Source: Pseudomonadota bacterium
GTDB taxonomy: Archaea > Thermoplasmatota > SW-10-69-26 > JACQPN01 > JAJPHT01
NCBI GenBank assembly: GCA_021325135.1
Contig: JAJPHT010000046.1
Location: 64,001-128,000, forward strand
Direction of reading: 5' to 3'
DNA length: 64,000 nucleotides
Of this stretch, positions 10,275-19,347 are shown piece after piece. Made by a program: the position numbers and the translations under genes. Below the pieces are notes generated by a model, which saw nothing but the letters and a program-made list of their open reading frames with translations, did not search any database and was not told the origin of the DNA. The stretch's first letter is position 1; each line of letters starts with the position of its first letter.

Positions 10275-11578
10275 CCCATCCGGTGGAGGCCGTGGAGCGC
10301 GCGCTGGAGGCGCTTGGCGCGGACCCGTGGAACGCCTTCCTGCACGTGGACGCGGAGGGCGCGCGCGAGCGGGCGCGGCGCGTCGATCCTGCGGCGCCCC
10401 TGGCGGGCGTCGTCGCGTCGGTGAAGGACAACCTGGCCTGGCGCGGGCACCCCATGACGTGCGGCTCGCGGCACCTCGCGGGGTACGTCGCGCCCTACAC
10501 CGCGACGGTGGTCGCGCGCCTGGAGGCCGCGGGCGCGGTGATCCTCGGGAAGACCAACATGGACGAGTTCGCCGCGGGGAGCAGCGGCGAGACGAGCGCC
10601 TTCGGCCCCACGAGGAACCCCCGCGCGCCGGACCGCGTGCCGGGCGGCTCCTCCTCCGGCGCAGGCGCCTCCGTCGCGGCGGGCGTCGTGGGCCTCGCGC
10701 TGGGCAGCGACACGGGCGGCTCCATCCGCTGCCCCGCGTCCTTCTGCGGCGCGGCGGCGCTGAAGCCCACCTGGGGATTGCTATCGCGCCACGGGCTCGC
10801 GGACCTGGCCATGAGCCTGGAGGGCCCCGCGCCGCTGGCGCCCGACGTGGCGGGCGTCGCGCGGGCGATGGACGCGCTCTCGGGGCCCGGCTTCTCCGAA
10901 GCGCTGGAGGGCGCCGCTCCCGAGGGCCTGCGCGTCGGCGTGCCCCGCGAGTTCCTGGAGGGGCTGGCGCCCGACGTGGAGCGGCCGGTGCGCGACGCGC
11001 TCCGGAAGCTGGAGTCGCGCGGGGCCCGCCTCGTCGAGGTGGGGCTCCCGTCGGCCCGCCACGCGCTGGCGGCTTACTACGTCCTCAACTACGCCGAGCT
11101 GGCCAGCGCCATGATGCGCTACGACGGCCTGCGCTACGGCGAGCCCGGACCCGAGAACGAGAGCTACGAGGCCTCGTCCGCGCAGGCGCGCGCGGCGTTC
11201 GGCCCCGAGGTGAAGCGGCGCATCCTCCTGGGCACGTTCGTGACGAGCCGCGAGGAGCGGGGCCGCTGGCACGACGCGGCCGTGAGGGCGCGCGCGGCGC
11301 TGGCCCGCGACGTGGAGCGCGCGCTCGCGGGTGTGGACGTGCTCGCGGGGCCCACCATGCCCGTGCGCGCGTTCCGCCTGGGCGAGCGCGTCGACGACCC
11401 CCGCGCGATGTACGCCGCGGACGTGCTCACGGTGCTGGCGAACCTCGCGCGCGTCCCCGCCGGGAGCGTCCCCCTGCGCGTCGAGGGGCTGCCGGTGGGC
11501 TTCCAGGTCATGGGCCGCGCGGGCGAGGACGCGGGTGTCCTGCGCGCGATGCGCGTCGTGGAGGAGGTCGCGGGGTGA
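10271..11578 (+). CDS. gatA: Amidotransferase subunit A
   Basis: VKDN, GKTNMDEF, GGSSSG, GSDTGGSIRCPA, FGPEVKRRILLG. Confidence 0.93.
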   Translation: MTHPVEAVERALEALGADPWNAFLHVDAEGARERARRVDPAAPLAGVVASVKDNLAWRGHPMTCGSRHLAGYVAPYTATVVARLEAAGAVILGKTNMDEFAAGSSGETSAFGPTRNPRAPDRVPGGSSSGAGASVAAGVVGLALGSDTGGSIRCPASFCGAAALKPTWGLLSRHGLADLAMSLEGPAPLAPDVAGVARAMDALSGPGFSEALEGAAPEGLRVGVPREFLEGLAPDVERPVRDALRKLESRGARLVEVGLPSARHALAAYYVLNYAELASAMMRYDGLRYGEPGPENESYEASSAQARAAFGPEVKRRILLGTFVTSREERGRWHDAAVRARAALARDVERALAGVDVLAGPTMPVRAFRLGERVDDPRAMYAADVLTVLANLARVPAGSVPLRVEGLPVGFQVMGRAGEDAGVLRAMRVVEEVAG

Positions 11579-12924
11579 AGATCGGCCTGGAGGTCCACGT
11601 CTACCTCGCGACGCGCTGCAAGCTCTTCTGCCGGTGCCGCGCGGACTTCCTCGCGTCGCCGCGGCCCAACGCGAGGATCTGCCCGATCTGCTCGGGCCAG
11701 CCGGGCGCCAAGCCGCTGGCGCCCAACGCGGCGGCGTTCGAGTCAGGCGTCCGTCTCGCCCGCGCGCTGGGCATGGACCTGCGTCCGCGGGCGCGCGTGA
11801 TGCGCAAGCACTACTTCTACCCGGACAGCCCGGCCAACTACCAGCGCACCGGCGAGCCCGTCGCCACCGGAGGCTCCCTTGCTGGCGTGCCGCTCACGGA
11901 GCTTCACGTCGAGGAGGACCCGGGCGCCTACGACGCCGAGGCGGGGCTCGTGGACTACGACCGCGCGGGCGCGCCTCTGGTGGAGCTTGTCACCGAGCCC
12001 GCGATCCGCGACCCGGCCCACGCGCGGCGCTTCCTCCAGGAGCTTCGCCTGGTCCTGGGCTACCTGGGCGTCCACCGCGACGCGGCGGGGCTCAAGGCGG
12101 ACTGCAACGCGAGCCTCGCGGGCGGCGCGCGCGTGGAGGTGAAGAACGTGCACGGGGCCCGAAACGTGGAGCGCGCGCTGGAGGCCGAGATCGCGCGCCA
12201 GCGGGGCGTGATCGCGTCGGGCGGCGCGGTCCTGCGCGAGACGCGCGGCTTCGACGACGCGACCGGCAGGACCGTCGCGCTGCGCGAGAAGGAGACGGAG
12301 GCCGACTACCGCCACCTGCCCGACCCCGACGTGGCGCCCGTGGACCTCGCCGCGCTGGCGCGCCGCCTCGCGCCCGAGGAGGCGCCCCTCGCGCGCCGGG
12401 CGCGCCTCGCCGCGCTGGCGGGCGTGGACGAGGCCGCGGCGTCGGTCCTCGTGGAGGAGCGCGCCCTGGCCGACGCGTTCGAGCGCGCCGCTGCCCTCGC
12501 GCCGCCCGCCCTCGCCTTCGGCTTCGTCGCCCGCGACGTGCGCGCCGAGATCGAGTACCGCAAGACGCCCCTCACGGAGGCCCTCGTCTCGCCCGAGGAC
12601 GTCGCCCTCCTCGTCGAGGCGCTGGGCGCGGCAAGGATCACGCCCCAGGTGGCGACGCGCCTGCTGCGGCAGGGGTTCGACCGCGGCGGGCTCGCGGGCG
12701 CGCTGGCGGAGGAGGCGGGGCGCTCGGGGCCGGCGGAGGGCGCGCTGGCCGCGGCCGCCCGCGAGGCCATGGCCGCGAACCCCAAGGCCGTGGCGGACTG
12801 GCGCGCCGGCAAGGCCACCGCGGTGAACTTCCTCGTGGGCCAGGCCATGCGGCGCCTCGCGGGGCGCGCCGACGCCAACGCCTTGCGGGCGGCGGTCGAG
12901 GCGGCCCTGAGGGAGTCAGATTGA
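11575..12924 (+). CDS. gatB: Amidotransferase subunit B
   Basis: GTG start, KIGLEVH, RKHYFYPD, HVEED, EVKN, C-terminal YqeY-like domain. Confidence 0.93.
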   Translation: MKIGLEVHVYLATRCKLFCRCRADFLASPRPNARICPICSGQPGAKPLAPNAAAFESGVRLARALGMDLRPRARVMRKHYFYPDSPANYQRTGEPVATGGSLAGVPLTELHVEEDPGAYDAEAGLVDYDRAGAPLVELVTEPAIRDPAHARRFLQELRLVLGYLGVHRDAAGLKADCNASLAGGARVEVKNVHGARNVERALEAEIARQRGVIASGGAVLRETRGFDDATGRTVALREKETEADYRHLPDPDVAPVDLAALARRLAPEEAPLARRARLAALAGVDEAAASVLVEERALADAFERAAALAPPALAFGFVARDVRAEIEYRKTPLTEALVSPEDVALLVEALGAARITPQVATRLLRQGFDRGGLAGALAEEAGRSGPAEGALAAAAREAMAANPKAVADWRAGKATAVNFLVGQAMRRLAGRADANALRAAVEAALRESD

Positions 12925-13321
12925 AGTACCCGGCCCCGCCATGGGCGCCTGACGCGAGGATGAGGAGACTGACCTACTCGAGTCCTCACAATGCCTTACG
13001 GGGACCATGATGAAATGCACCACCCCCGACTCGCGTCTTCCAGTCCATTCTAGGTGAAAGGGAAGGGGCCGCCCGAATCAGAGGAGGCTAGGCAGGCGGC
13101 CCCGGGCACACCGCGCGCTTGCGATCGCGCGGCGCACCGCCATGAGCGTCCCACGCTTGACTCTTTGCGTTTCCCTCAGACACATTCACGATTGGACCCT
13201 AACAGTTCCTTGCTTCCGGGGACGGGGGCGTCCGCCTGCCCTCTTGGAAGGCCCGGGAGCCCACCGTAGCGGCCAACTATATGTTGACCCTGCGCGACCT
13301 TCGCCCTTCAGGAGACATCAG

Positions 13322-13537
13322 ATGTTGACCATCGAGCCCCACATGGTGCTGGGGAAGGCGGCGAGGGGGCCCCAGGGCGAGGACCTGGGCGAGGTCGTGG
13401 ACGTCGGCCTCCACAGCTACTCGCGCGTGAAGTTCCTTCTCGTCGAGGACAAGACGCGCACCGTGCCCATCCGCACCGTGAGCGTGGACGAGGTCGAGGG
13501 CGTCGCGGCCGACCGCGTCACCCTCCGCATCCGCTGA
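13322..13537 (+). CDS. Small PRC-barrel-like protein
   Basis: VLGK...GEDLGEVVDV...VKFLLV pattern; AGGAG upstream. Confidence 0.6.
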   Translation: MLTIEPHMVLGKAARGPQGEDLGEVVDVGLHSYSRVKFLLVEDKTRTVPIRTVSVDEVEGVAADRVTLRIR

Positions 13538-13541
13538 GCCC

Positions 13542-14594
13542 TCAAAGCGCGTGGAGGGCGGGCCGCGACGCGAGGAAGCGCGCGACGTCCGCCAGCGTGG
13601 GCGCCAGCGCCTCGGGCCCGCTGACGTAGAGCCCCGCCACGGCGTTGGCCAGCATGAGGCGCTCTTCCGGCTCCAGCTCCGCCAGGTGGCCCAGCGCGTT
13701 GCCCGCGTTCCACGCGTCGCCCGCGCCCGTGACGCGCAGCGGCGTCACGCGGAAGGTGGGCACGACGGCGCTCCCCATGGGGCCCCAGGTGGCGGCGAAG
13801 CGCGCCGTGTGCAGGTCCAGCGTGCCGCCGCCGCGCTGCGCGGAGAGCGCCCCGGCCGCCGCGCGCTCCTCCTCGCCCTCCGCCAGCGCCTTTCCCGCGA
13901 TCTGGCGAAGCTCGTTCTCGTTCATGGCCAGCACGTCGAGTTCCTTGAGGGGAAGGAGCCGGTCGCGCACCTGGGCGATCTCCTCGCGGCGGTGGCTGGG
14001 GTCGCCAGTGTCCAGCATGACCAGCGTCCCCGCCCGGCGGCACGCCTCCGCGACGGCCTCCAGGAGCGCGGTGCCGCGGCGGTTCTGGCTCCAGTTGGCG
14101 ACCAGCACGAGGTCCGCGGCCTCCAGGAGCGTCCAGTCGTTGGCGTCCAATTGCTCGGGGCCGTACTCGGCGAGGCTGCCCGCATCGCTGAGCATGACGT
14201 TGGCGGGGCGCTCCTCCTGGAACTCCAGCGCGGTCGTGACCGAGAGCTGCCCGTCGGCGCGCACGTGCTTGAGATCCACCCCCGCGCGCCCCAGGCTCCC
14301 TTCCAGCACGCTGCGGCCGAACTCGCTGGTGCGCGTGACGAGGTGCGTGCCCACGCCGAGGCGGGCCAGGGCGAGGGCCGTGTTCGCCGCGTTGCCCCCC
14401 GCCTGGAAGTGCTGGTGCGGCGTGGGCACGTTGCCGCCCCCCTGCGCGTGCACGCCCTTCCAGAGCGGCACCGCGCGGTCCCACGCGGGCACGCGCACGA
14501 AGTGGTCCAGGAAGAAGTCGGGCAGCGTCACGACGTGGAACGCCTCGGGGCGGATCTCCCGGAGCCGCGCCGCGAGCGCCGCCGGATCGGGCAT
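13542..14594 (-). CDS. PfkB/ribokinase family carbohydrate kinase
   Basis: GGNAANTALALARLG, MNENE, VTGAGDAWNAG. Confidence 0.9.
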   Translation of the reverse strand: MPDPAALAARLREIRPEAFHVVTLPDFFLDHFVRVPAWDRAVPLWKGVHAQGGGNVPTPHQHFQAGGNAANTALALARLGVGTHLVTRTSEFGRSVLEGSLGRAGVDLKHVRADGQLSVTTALEFQEERPANVMLSDAGSLAEYGPEQLDANDWTLLEAADLVLVANWSQNRRGTALLEAVAEACRRAGTLVMLDTGDPSHRREEIAQVRDRLLPLKELDVLAMNENELRQIAGKALAEGEEERAAAGALSAQRGGGTLDLHTARFAATWGPMGSAVVPTFRVTPLRVTGAGDAWNAGNALGHLAELEPEERLMLANAVAGLYVSGPEALAPTLADVARFLASRPALHAL

Positions 14595-14636
14595 GGGGCG
14601 GCCAATCACCGTGCCCCTGAAAAGGGCTGCGGCAAG

Positions 14637-14871
14637 AGCGGGGGGTCCGGGGGGCGCAGCCCCCCGAAGCAATCGTCGTCGGCCGCGCCGCAGCGCGGCC
14701 AAAAGCGGGGGTTTCAGGGGGCGCAGCCCCCTGACGTGAAGGAGCGTCGAGCAGACGACTGAAACGTCAGGGGGGCGAGCCCCCCTGAAACCCCCCATTT
14801 TTGCCGCGCTGCGGCGCGGCCGACGACGACTTCTCTTTCTTCAGGGGGCTGCGCCCCCCGGACCCCCCGCT
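14637..14871. repeat. REP/REPIN-like 235-bp palindrome, copy B
   Basis: Four REP-like units (two forward, two reverse) and two GGCCGCGC-CGCA-GCGCGGC hairpins arranged symmetrically around a ~26-bp spacer. Confidence 0.9.
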
Positions 14872-14921
14872 TTGGAGAAGGTGTTAAGCCCGTGCCCCCG
14901 GCTCGTCGTGCCGACTCGCGG

Positions 14922-16796
14922 ATGATCACCTTCCTCGTGGGCAACTCCCGCGTCCTCCTCACCATCGACGAGAAGGGCAACTGGTCGAACCTCTACTACC
15001 CGTGGGCGGGTCAGTACCAGCACCTTCGCGCGGTGAAGCTGGGCCTCTACGACGTGGAGGAGGACGCCTTCGCCTGGCTGGGCGACGACGCCGCGTGGAC
15101 CGTGGAGCAGGACCACCACCGCGGGTCCAACGCGGGGCGCACGCTCTACGTGGGCCCCCTGGCGGACGTGGAGGTGGTGGACAGCGTCCACTCCAACCAC
15201 GACCTCATCGTACGCCGCATCGTGGTCCACAACAAGACGCCCGACGCGAAGCGCTTCCGCCTCTTCCACTACCAGAGCCTCATGGTGGCCGAGTCCATGT
15301 ACCAGGACACGGCGTACTGGGACGACGAGCGCCGGACCATCAACCACTACAAGCGCAACTACTACTTCCAGTACATGGGCGCGCCCGCCTTCGACGCGTT
15401 CACGTGCGGCGAGCACACGCTGAAGGGGCTCCAGGGCTCCTACGTGGACGCCGAGGACGGCAAGCTGGAAGGCTCGCGCATCAGCCACGGGGCGGCCGAC
15501 TCCGTCGCGCAGTGGAACGTCGACGTGCCCGCCGGCGGCGAGGCCACGGTGCGCCTCATGTGCATGATCGCCCAGTCGCGCAAGGCGGTCAACACCCTCC
15601 ACGCCACGTTCAAGGCGCGCGCCGCGGAGGAGCTGGAGAAGGAGGCGCTGGACTTCTGGCGCCACTGGATCGAGCACAAGGACATGCGCCTGCCCCCCGC
15701 CCTCTCGCCCCGCGCCCGGGACGTGTACCGGCAGAGCATCTACGTCCTGCGCACGTGCAGCAGCCAGAACGGCGCCATCATCGCGAGCCCCGACCCGCGC
15801 ACGCTGAAGTCGGGCGGCGACACGTACAACTACACCTGGTGGCGCGACGGCGCGTACATCAGCAAGGCCATGGACGAGGTGGGCCTCTACGAGAACGCGC
15901 ACCGCTTCCTCAAGTTCGCCGAGCAGTGCCAGGAGGACGAGGGGTACTTCCTCCACCGCCACTTCCCCGACGGCACGGTGGGCAGCACGTGGCACCTGCC
16001 CCCCTTCATCCAGATCGACCAGACCGCCAGCGTGGTCAGCGCCGTATGGCACCACTTCAAGCGCGACGGCGACCTCGACGTGCTTCTGGAGCTGTGGCCC
16101 GTGGTCAAGCGCGGCGCCAACTTCCTGGAGTCGTTCGTGGACGCGCGCGGCCTGCCCCTGCCCAGCTACGACCTCTGGGAGGAGAAGAAGGCCGTCAACG
16201 CGTACTCCGTCGCCGCCGTGATCCACGGCCTGGAGCGCGCGGAGCGCATCAGCGAGCAGCTGGGCAAGTCCCGCGGCCGCTGGAGAAAGGCCTCCGAGCG
16301 CATGCGGACCGCGATGCTCCAGCACCTCTGGAACGACGCCAAGGGGTGCTTCAACAAGAGCATCGACCCCCTGGACGAGACCGTCGACGCCTCCACGCTC
16401 CTCACGCTGAAGCTGGGCGTGCTGGACCCCGCGGACGCCCGCGCCGAGCGCCTGGTGCAGGCCGTCGAGAAGCGCCTCTGGGTGAAGTCCACCGGCGGGG
16501 TCGCCCGCTACGAGGGGGACACCTACTACGGTCCCGAGAACCCGTGGATCATCTGCACGCTCTGGCTCGCCGAGGCACACCTCATGCTGGGCCGCCCCGA
16601 ACGGACGCGGGAGCTCCTGGAGTGGGCCGCCAAGACCGCGGGCCCCACGCTGCTGCTGCCCGAGCAGCTCGACGCGCGCACCGGCGAGCACACCTCCGTC
16701 ACGCCGCTGGTCTGGTCGCATTCCACCTTCGTAGACGTCATGAACAAATACCGGCGCCACGTAGAGGGCGGCGCCGCTGCCGACCGCAGCGAGTAG
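14922..16796 (+). CDS. Glucoamylase/glucodextranase, GH15
   Basis: GAIIAS, YNYTWWRDG, QIDQTA, SYDLWEE, LLPEQ, PLVWSH. Confidence 0.92.
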   Translation: MITFLVGNSRVLLTIDEKGNWSNLYYPWAGQYQHLRAVKLGLYDVEEDAFAWLGDDAAWTVEQDHHRGSNAGRTLYVGPLADVEVVDSVHSNHDLIVRRIVVHNKTPDAKRFRLFHYQSLMVAESMYQDTAYWDDERRTINHYKRNYYFQYMGAPAFDAFTCGEHTLKGLQGSYVDAEDGKLEGSRISHGAADSVAQWNVDVPAGGEATVRLMCMIAQSRKAVNTLHATFKARAAEELEKEALDFWRHWIEHKDMRLPPALSPRARDVYRQSIYVLRTCSSQNGAIIASPDPRTLKSGGDTYNYTWWRDGAYISKAMDEVGLYENAHRFLKFAEQCQEDEGYFLHRHFPDGTVGSTWHLPPFIQIDQTASVVSAVWHHFKRDGDLDVLLELWPVVKRGANFLESFVDARGLPLPSYDLWEEKKAVNAYSVAAVIHGLERAERISEQLGKSRGRWRKASERMRTAMLQHLWNDAKGCFNKSIDPLDETVDASTLLTLKLGVLDPADARAERLVQAVEKRLWVKSTGGVARYEGDTYYGPENPWIICTLWLAEAHLMLGRPERTRELLEWAAKTAGPTLLLPEQLDARTGEHTSVTPLVWSHSTFVDVMNKYRRHVEGGAAADRSE

Positions 16797-16812
16797 CAGG
16801 GAGCAGGAACCC

Positions 16813-17997
16813 GTGAAAGTCGCGATGATCGGATGGGAGTTCCCGCCATTCATGGCCGGGGGCCTGGGCATCCACTGCCTGGAGCTGACGACGCAGCTGG
16901 CCAAGATGGGCGTCGCCATCGACTTCTACATGCCCCACATGGCCCTGGAGGGCGACCTCCGGGTCGCGGACCACCACCGCCACCTGGCCATCTACGAGGT
17001 GGAGGCCGAGCCCTCCCTCTCCCCCTACGGCGGGACGCGGCAGCGCGGCTACGACGACGCGTTCAACGACGCGGTCTGGCAGTACAACATGCGCGTCGTG
17101 GACGCCTTCCGCAGCCACGACGCGGACGTCCTCCACGCCCACGACTGGATCACCTTCCAGGCCGCCGCGGAGCTGAAGCGCCGCACGGGCAAGCCCCTGG
17201 TGTGGAGCTGCCACAGCACCGAGTACGACCGCAGCGCGGGCTTCTTCCCGCAGGACTGGATCATCGACCTGGAGAAGGCCGCCGTGCGCGCCGCGGACGT
17301 GGTGATCGCCGTCTCCGAGTACACGCGCCAACAGCTCATCGACCGCTACGGAGCCGACCCCCGGAAGGTCGTGCCCATCCACAACGGCGTCGACTTCAGC
17401 AAGTGGGTCACGCGCTCGGGCCGCGACTACGGGCAGGCCAGCAAGGTCGTGCTCTACCTCTCCCGCGTCTCGCGCCAGAAGGGGCCCATGAGCTTCATCC
17501 GCGCCGCCAAGCGCGTCCTGGACCAGGACCGCAGCGTGCGCTTCGTCGTCGCGGGCAAGGGCGAGATGATCCCCGAGATGATCCGCTTCTGCATCGCCAA
17601 CGGCATCATGGAGAGCGTCACCTTCACCGGCTTCGTCCCCGACTCCGAGGCGCAGCGCCTCTACGAGGCCGCCGACGTGTACGTGCTCCCCAGCGTCAGC
17701 GAGCCCTTCGGCATCAGCGTGCTGGAGGCCATGACCAGCGGATGTCCCACCATCGTGAGCAAGACGACGGGCGTCGGCGAGGCGCTAACGCACGTCCTGC
17801 GCGCCGAGCACTGGGACAGCGACGAGATGGCGGACCAGATCCTCGCCGTGCTGCGCGACAAGCCCCTGCGCGAGGCGCTGGGAAAGAACGGCGCGCTGGA
17901 GGTGCGCAAGTTCACCTGGGAGCGCACCGGGCGCAAGACGCTCTCCGCCTACGACCGGGCGCTGGAGCGCGCGCAGCCCCTGACGGTGAGCGCATGA
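16813..17997 (+). CDS. GT4 glycosyltransferase (glycogen-synthase-like)
   Basis: GWEFPPFMAGGLG, HAHDW, HSTEYDRS, PSVSEPFGISVLEA. Confidence 0.92.
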   Translation: MKVAMIGWEFPPFMAGGLGIHCLELTTQLAKMGVAIDFYMPHMALEGDLRVADHHRHLAIYEVEAEPSLSPYGGTRQRGYDDAFNDAVWQYNMRVVDAFRSHDADVLHAHDWITFQAAAELKRRTGKPLVWSCHSTEYDRSAGFFPQDWIIDLEKAAVRAADVVIAVSEYTRQQLIDRYGADPRKVVPIHNGVDFSKWVTRSGRDYGQASKVVLYLSRVSRQKGPMSFIRAAKRVLDQDRSVRFVVAGKGEMIPEMIRFCIANGIMESVTFTGFVPDSEAQRLYEAADVYVLPSVSEPFGISVLEAMTSGCPTIVSKTTGVGEALTHVLRAEHWDSDEMADQILAVLRDKPLREALGKNGALEVRKFTWERTGRKTLSAYDRALERAQPLTVSA

Positions 17998-18082
17998 CCG
18001 ACGTGTGCTTCGACGCCTTGCCGCAGCAAGGTGGCGAGAAGACGTCCGGAAGGAGCGTGAGCGACTGACGGACGTCTGCTTT
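17986..18082 (+). repeat. Imperfect 26-bp direct repeat (71-bp period) duplicating the GT4 stop/GH57 start junction
   Basis: GTGAGCGCATGACCGACGTGTGCTTC (17986) vs GTGAGCGACTGACGGACGTCTGCTTT (18057). Confidence 0.85.
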
Positions 18083-19258
18083 TACTTCGAGGTCCACCAG
18101 CCCGTGCGCCTCCGACGGCTCCACCTGTTCAACTCGCCCCCGGGCGTCGACTACTGGGACCACGCCAAGAACCGCGCCATCTTCGAGCGCGTCAGCGACA
18201 AGTGCTACATCCCCACGAACCGGCTCATCCTGGACCTCATCCGGCAGCACGGCGAGTCGTTCAAGGCGAGCTACTCCCTCTCGGGCACCTTCGTCGAGCA
18301 GGCCCGGCAGTTCCGCCCCGACGTCCTGGAGAGCTTCCGCGCGCTGGCCGACACGGGCTGCGTTGAGTTCCTGGACGAGACGTACTACCACTCGCTGGCG
18401 GGCCTCTGGGAGGACCAGACGGAGCTCACGGAGCAGATCCGCGAGCACCGCGACCTCATGCGCAAGGAGCTTGGCGTCGAGCCCACGTTCTACCGCAACA
18501 CGGAGCTGATCTACGACAACCGCATCGCGAAGACCATCGAGGCGCAAGGCTATCTCGGGATCGCCACCGAAGGCACGGAGCGCATCCTGGGCTGGAGGAG
18601 CCCCAACTACGTCTACCGCCCCAGCCGCGGCGACTCCAAGCTCAAGGTCCTGCTGAAGAACTACCGCCTGAGCGACGACGTCGCGTTCCGCTTCAGCACC
18701 GGCCCCTCGTGGCCCGAATGGCCCCTCACCGCGCCCAAGTTCGCCGACTGGCTCGCCGGCAACGAAGGCCAGACCATCAACCTCTTCATGGACTACGAGA
18801 CGTTCGGCGAGCACAACTGGGCCGAAAGCGGCATCTTCGACTTCCTGCGCCACATGCCCGGCGAGGCCCTCAAGCGCGGCGTCGGCTTCAGCACGCCCAG
18901 CGAGGTCGTCAAGAAGTTCGAGCCCGTGGGCGAGATCGAGGTCCCCTTCGCCATCTCGTGGGCCGACAGCGAGCGCGACGTCTCCGCGTGGCTCCACAAC
19001 GAGATGCAGCAGCAGTGCTTCAACGCCCTGCGCGACCTGCGGCCCTACGTGCTGGAGCTCCGCGACCCCGAGGTCACGCACGCGTGGCGCCTGCTCCAGA
19101 CCAGCGACCACGTCTACTACTGCACGACGAAGCACATGGGCGACCAGGACATCCACATGTACTTCTCGCCCTACGACTCGCCCTACCAGGCGTTCATCAA
19201 TTACATGAACTGCATCGTGGACCTGAAGAACAAGGTGATGCAGCGGCTGCGGAAGTGA
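18065..19258 (+). CDS. GH57 alpha-amylase (apparent CTG start)
   Basis: TDVCFYFEVHQP, ETYYHSL, RNTEL, LSDDVAFRF, MDYETFGEH, LQTSDH. Confidence 0.9.
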   Translation: MTDVCFYFEVHQPVRLRRLHLFNSPPGVDYWDHAKNRAIFERVSDKCYIPTNRLILDLIRQHGESFKASYSLSGTFVEQARQFRPDVLESFRALADTGCVEFLDETYYHSLAGLWEDQTELTEQIREHRDLMRKELGVEPTFYRNTELIYDNRIAKTIEAQGYLGIATEGTERILGWRSPNYVYRPSRGDSKLKVLLKNYRLSDDVAFRFSTGPSWPEWPLTAPKFADWLAGNEGQTINLFMDYETFGEHNWAESGIFDFLRHMPGEALKRGVGFSTPSEVVKKFEPVGEIEVPFAISWADSERDVSAWLHNEMQQQCFNALRDLRPYVLELRDPEVTHAWRLLQTSDHVYYCTTKHMGDQDIHMYFSPYDSPYQAFINYMNCIVDLKNKVMQRLRK

Positions 19259-19347
19259 CTTTAATCGTTGCTCGATTTCTGCAGGTGGCTTCCCGCAGGA
19301 CCCCCTGCGTCACCGCATTCGAGATGCGACAAACCGCCCCCGTTACT

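Noticed and set aside
9838-12924. Apparent 1028-aa GatB and 1509-aa RpoA1 fusions in the ORF track
   Set aside because: The upstream parts are off-frame reads through gatCA and rpoB'; the true starts overlap the preceding stops (GTGA at 11575, ATGA at 41424)
18000-18081. Canonical bulge-helix-bulge mRNA intron in GH57
   Set aside because: The 3-nt bulge lies 5' of the 4-bp helix and the hairpin does not span the 71 nt that would need removal; kept only as a weak alternative
14922-19258. GH15-GT4-GH57 cluster as a novel pathway
   Set aside because: Matches the known archaeal glycogen/alpha-glucan gene cluster
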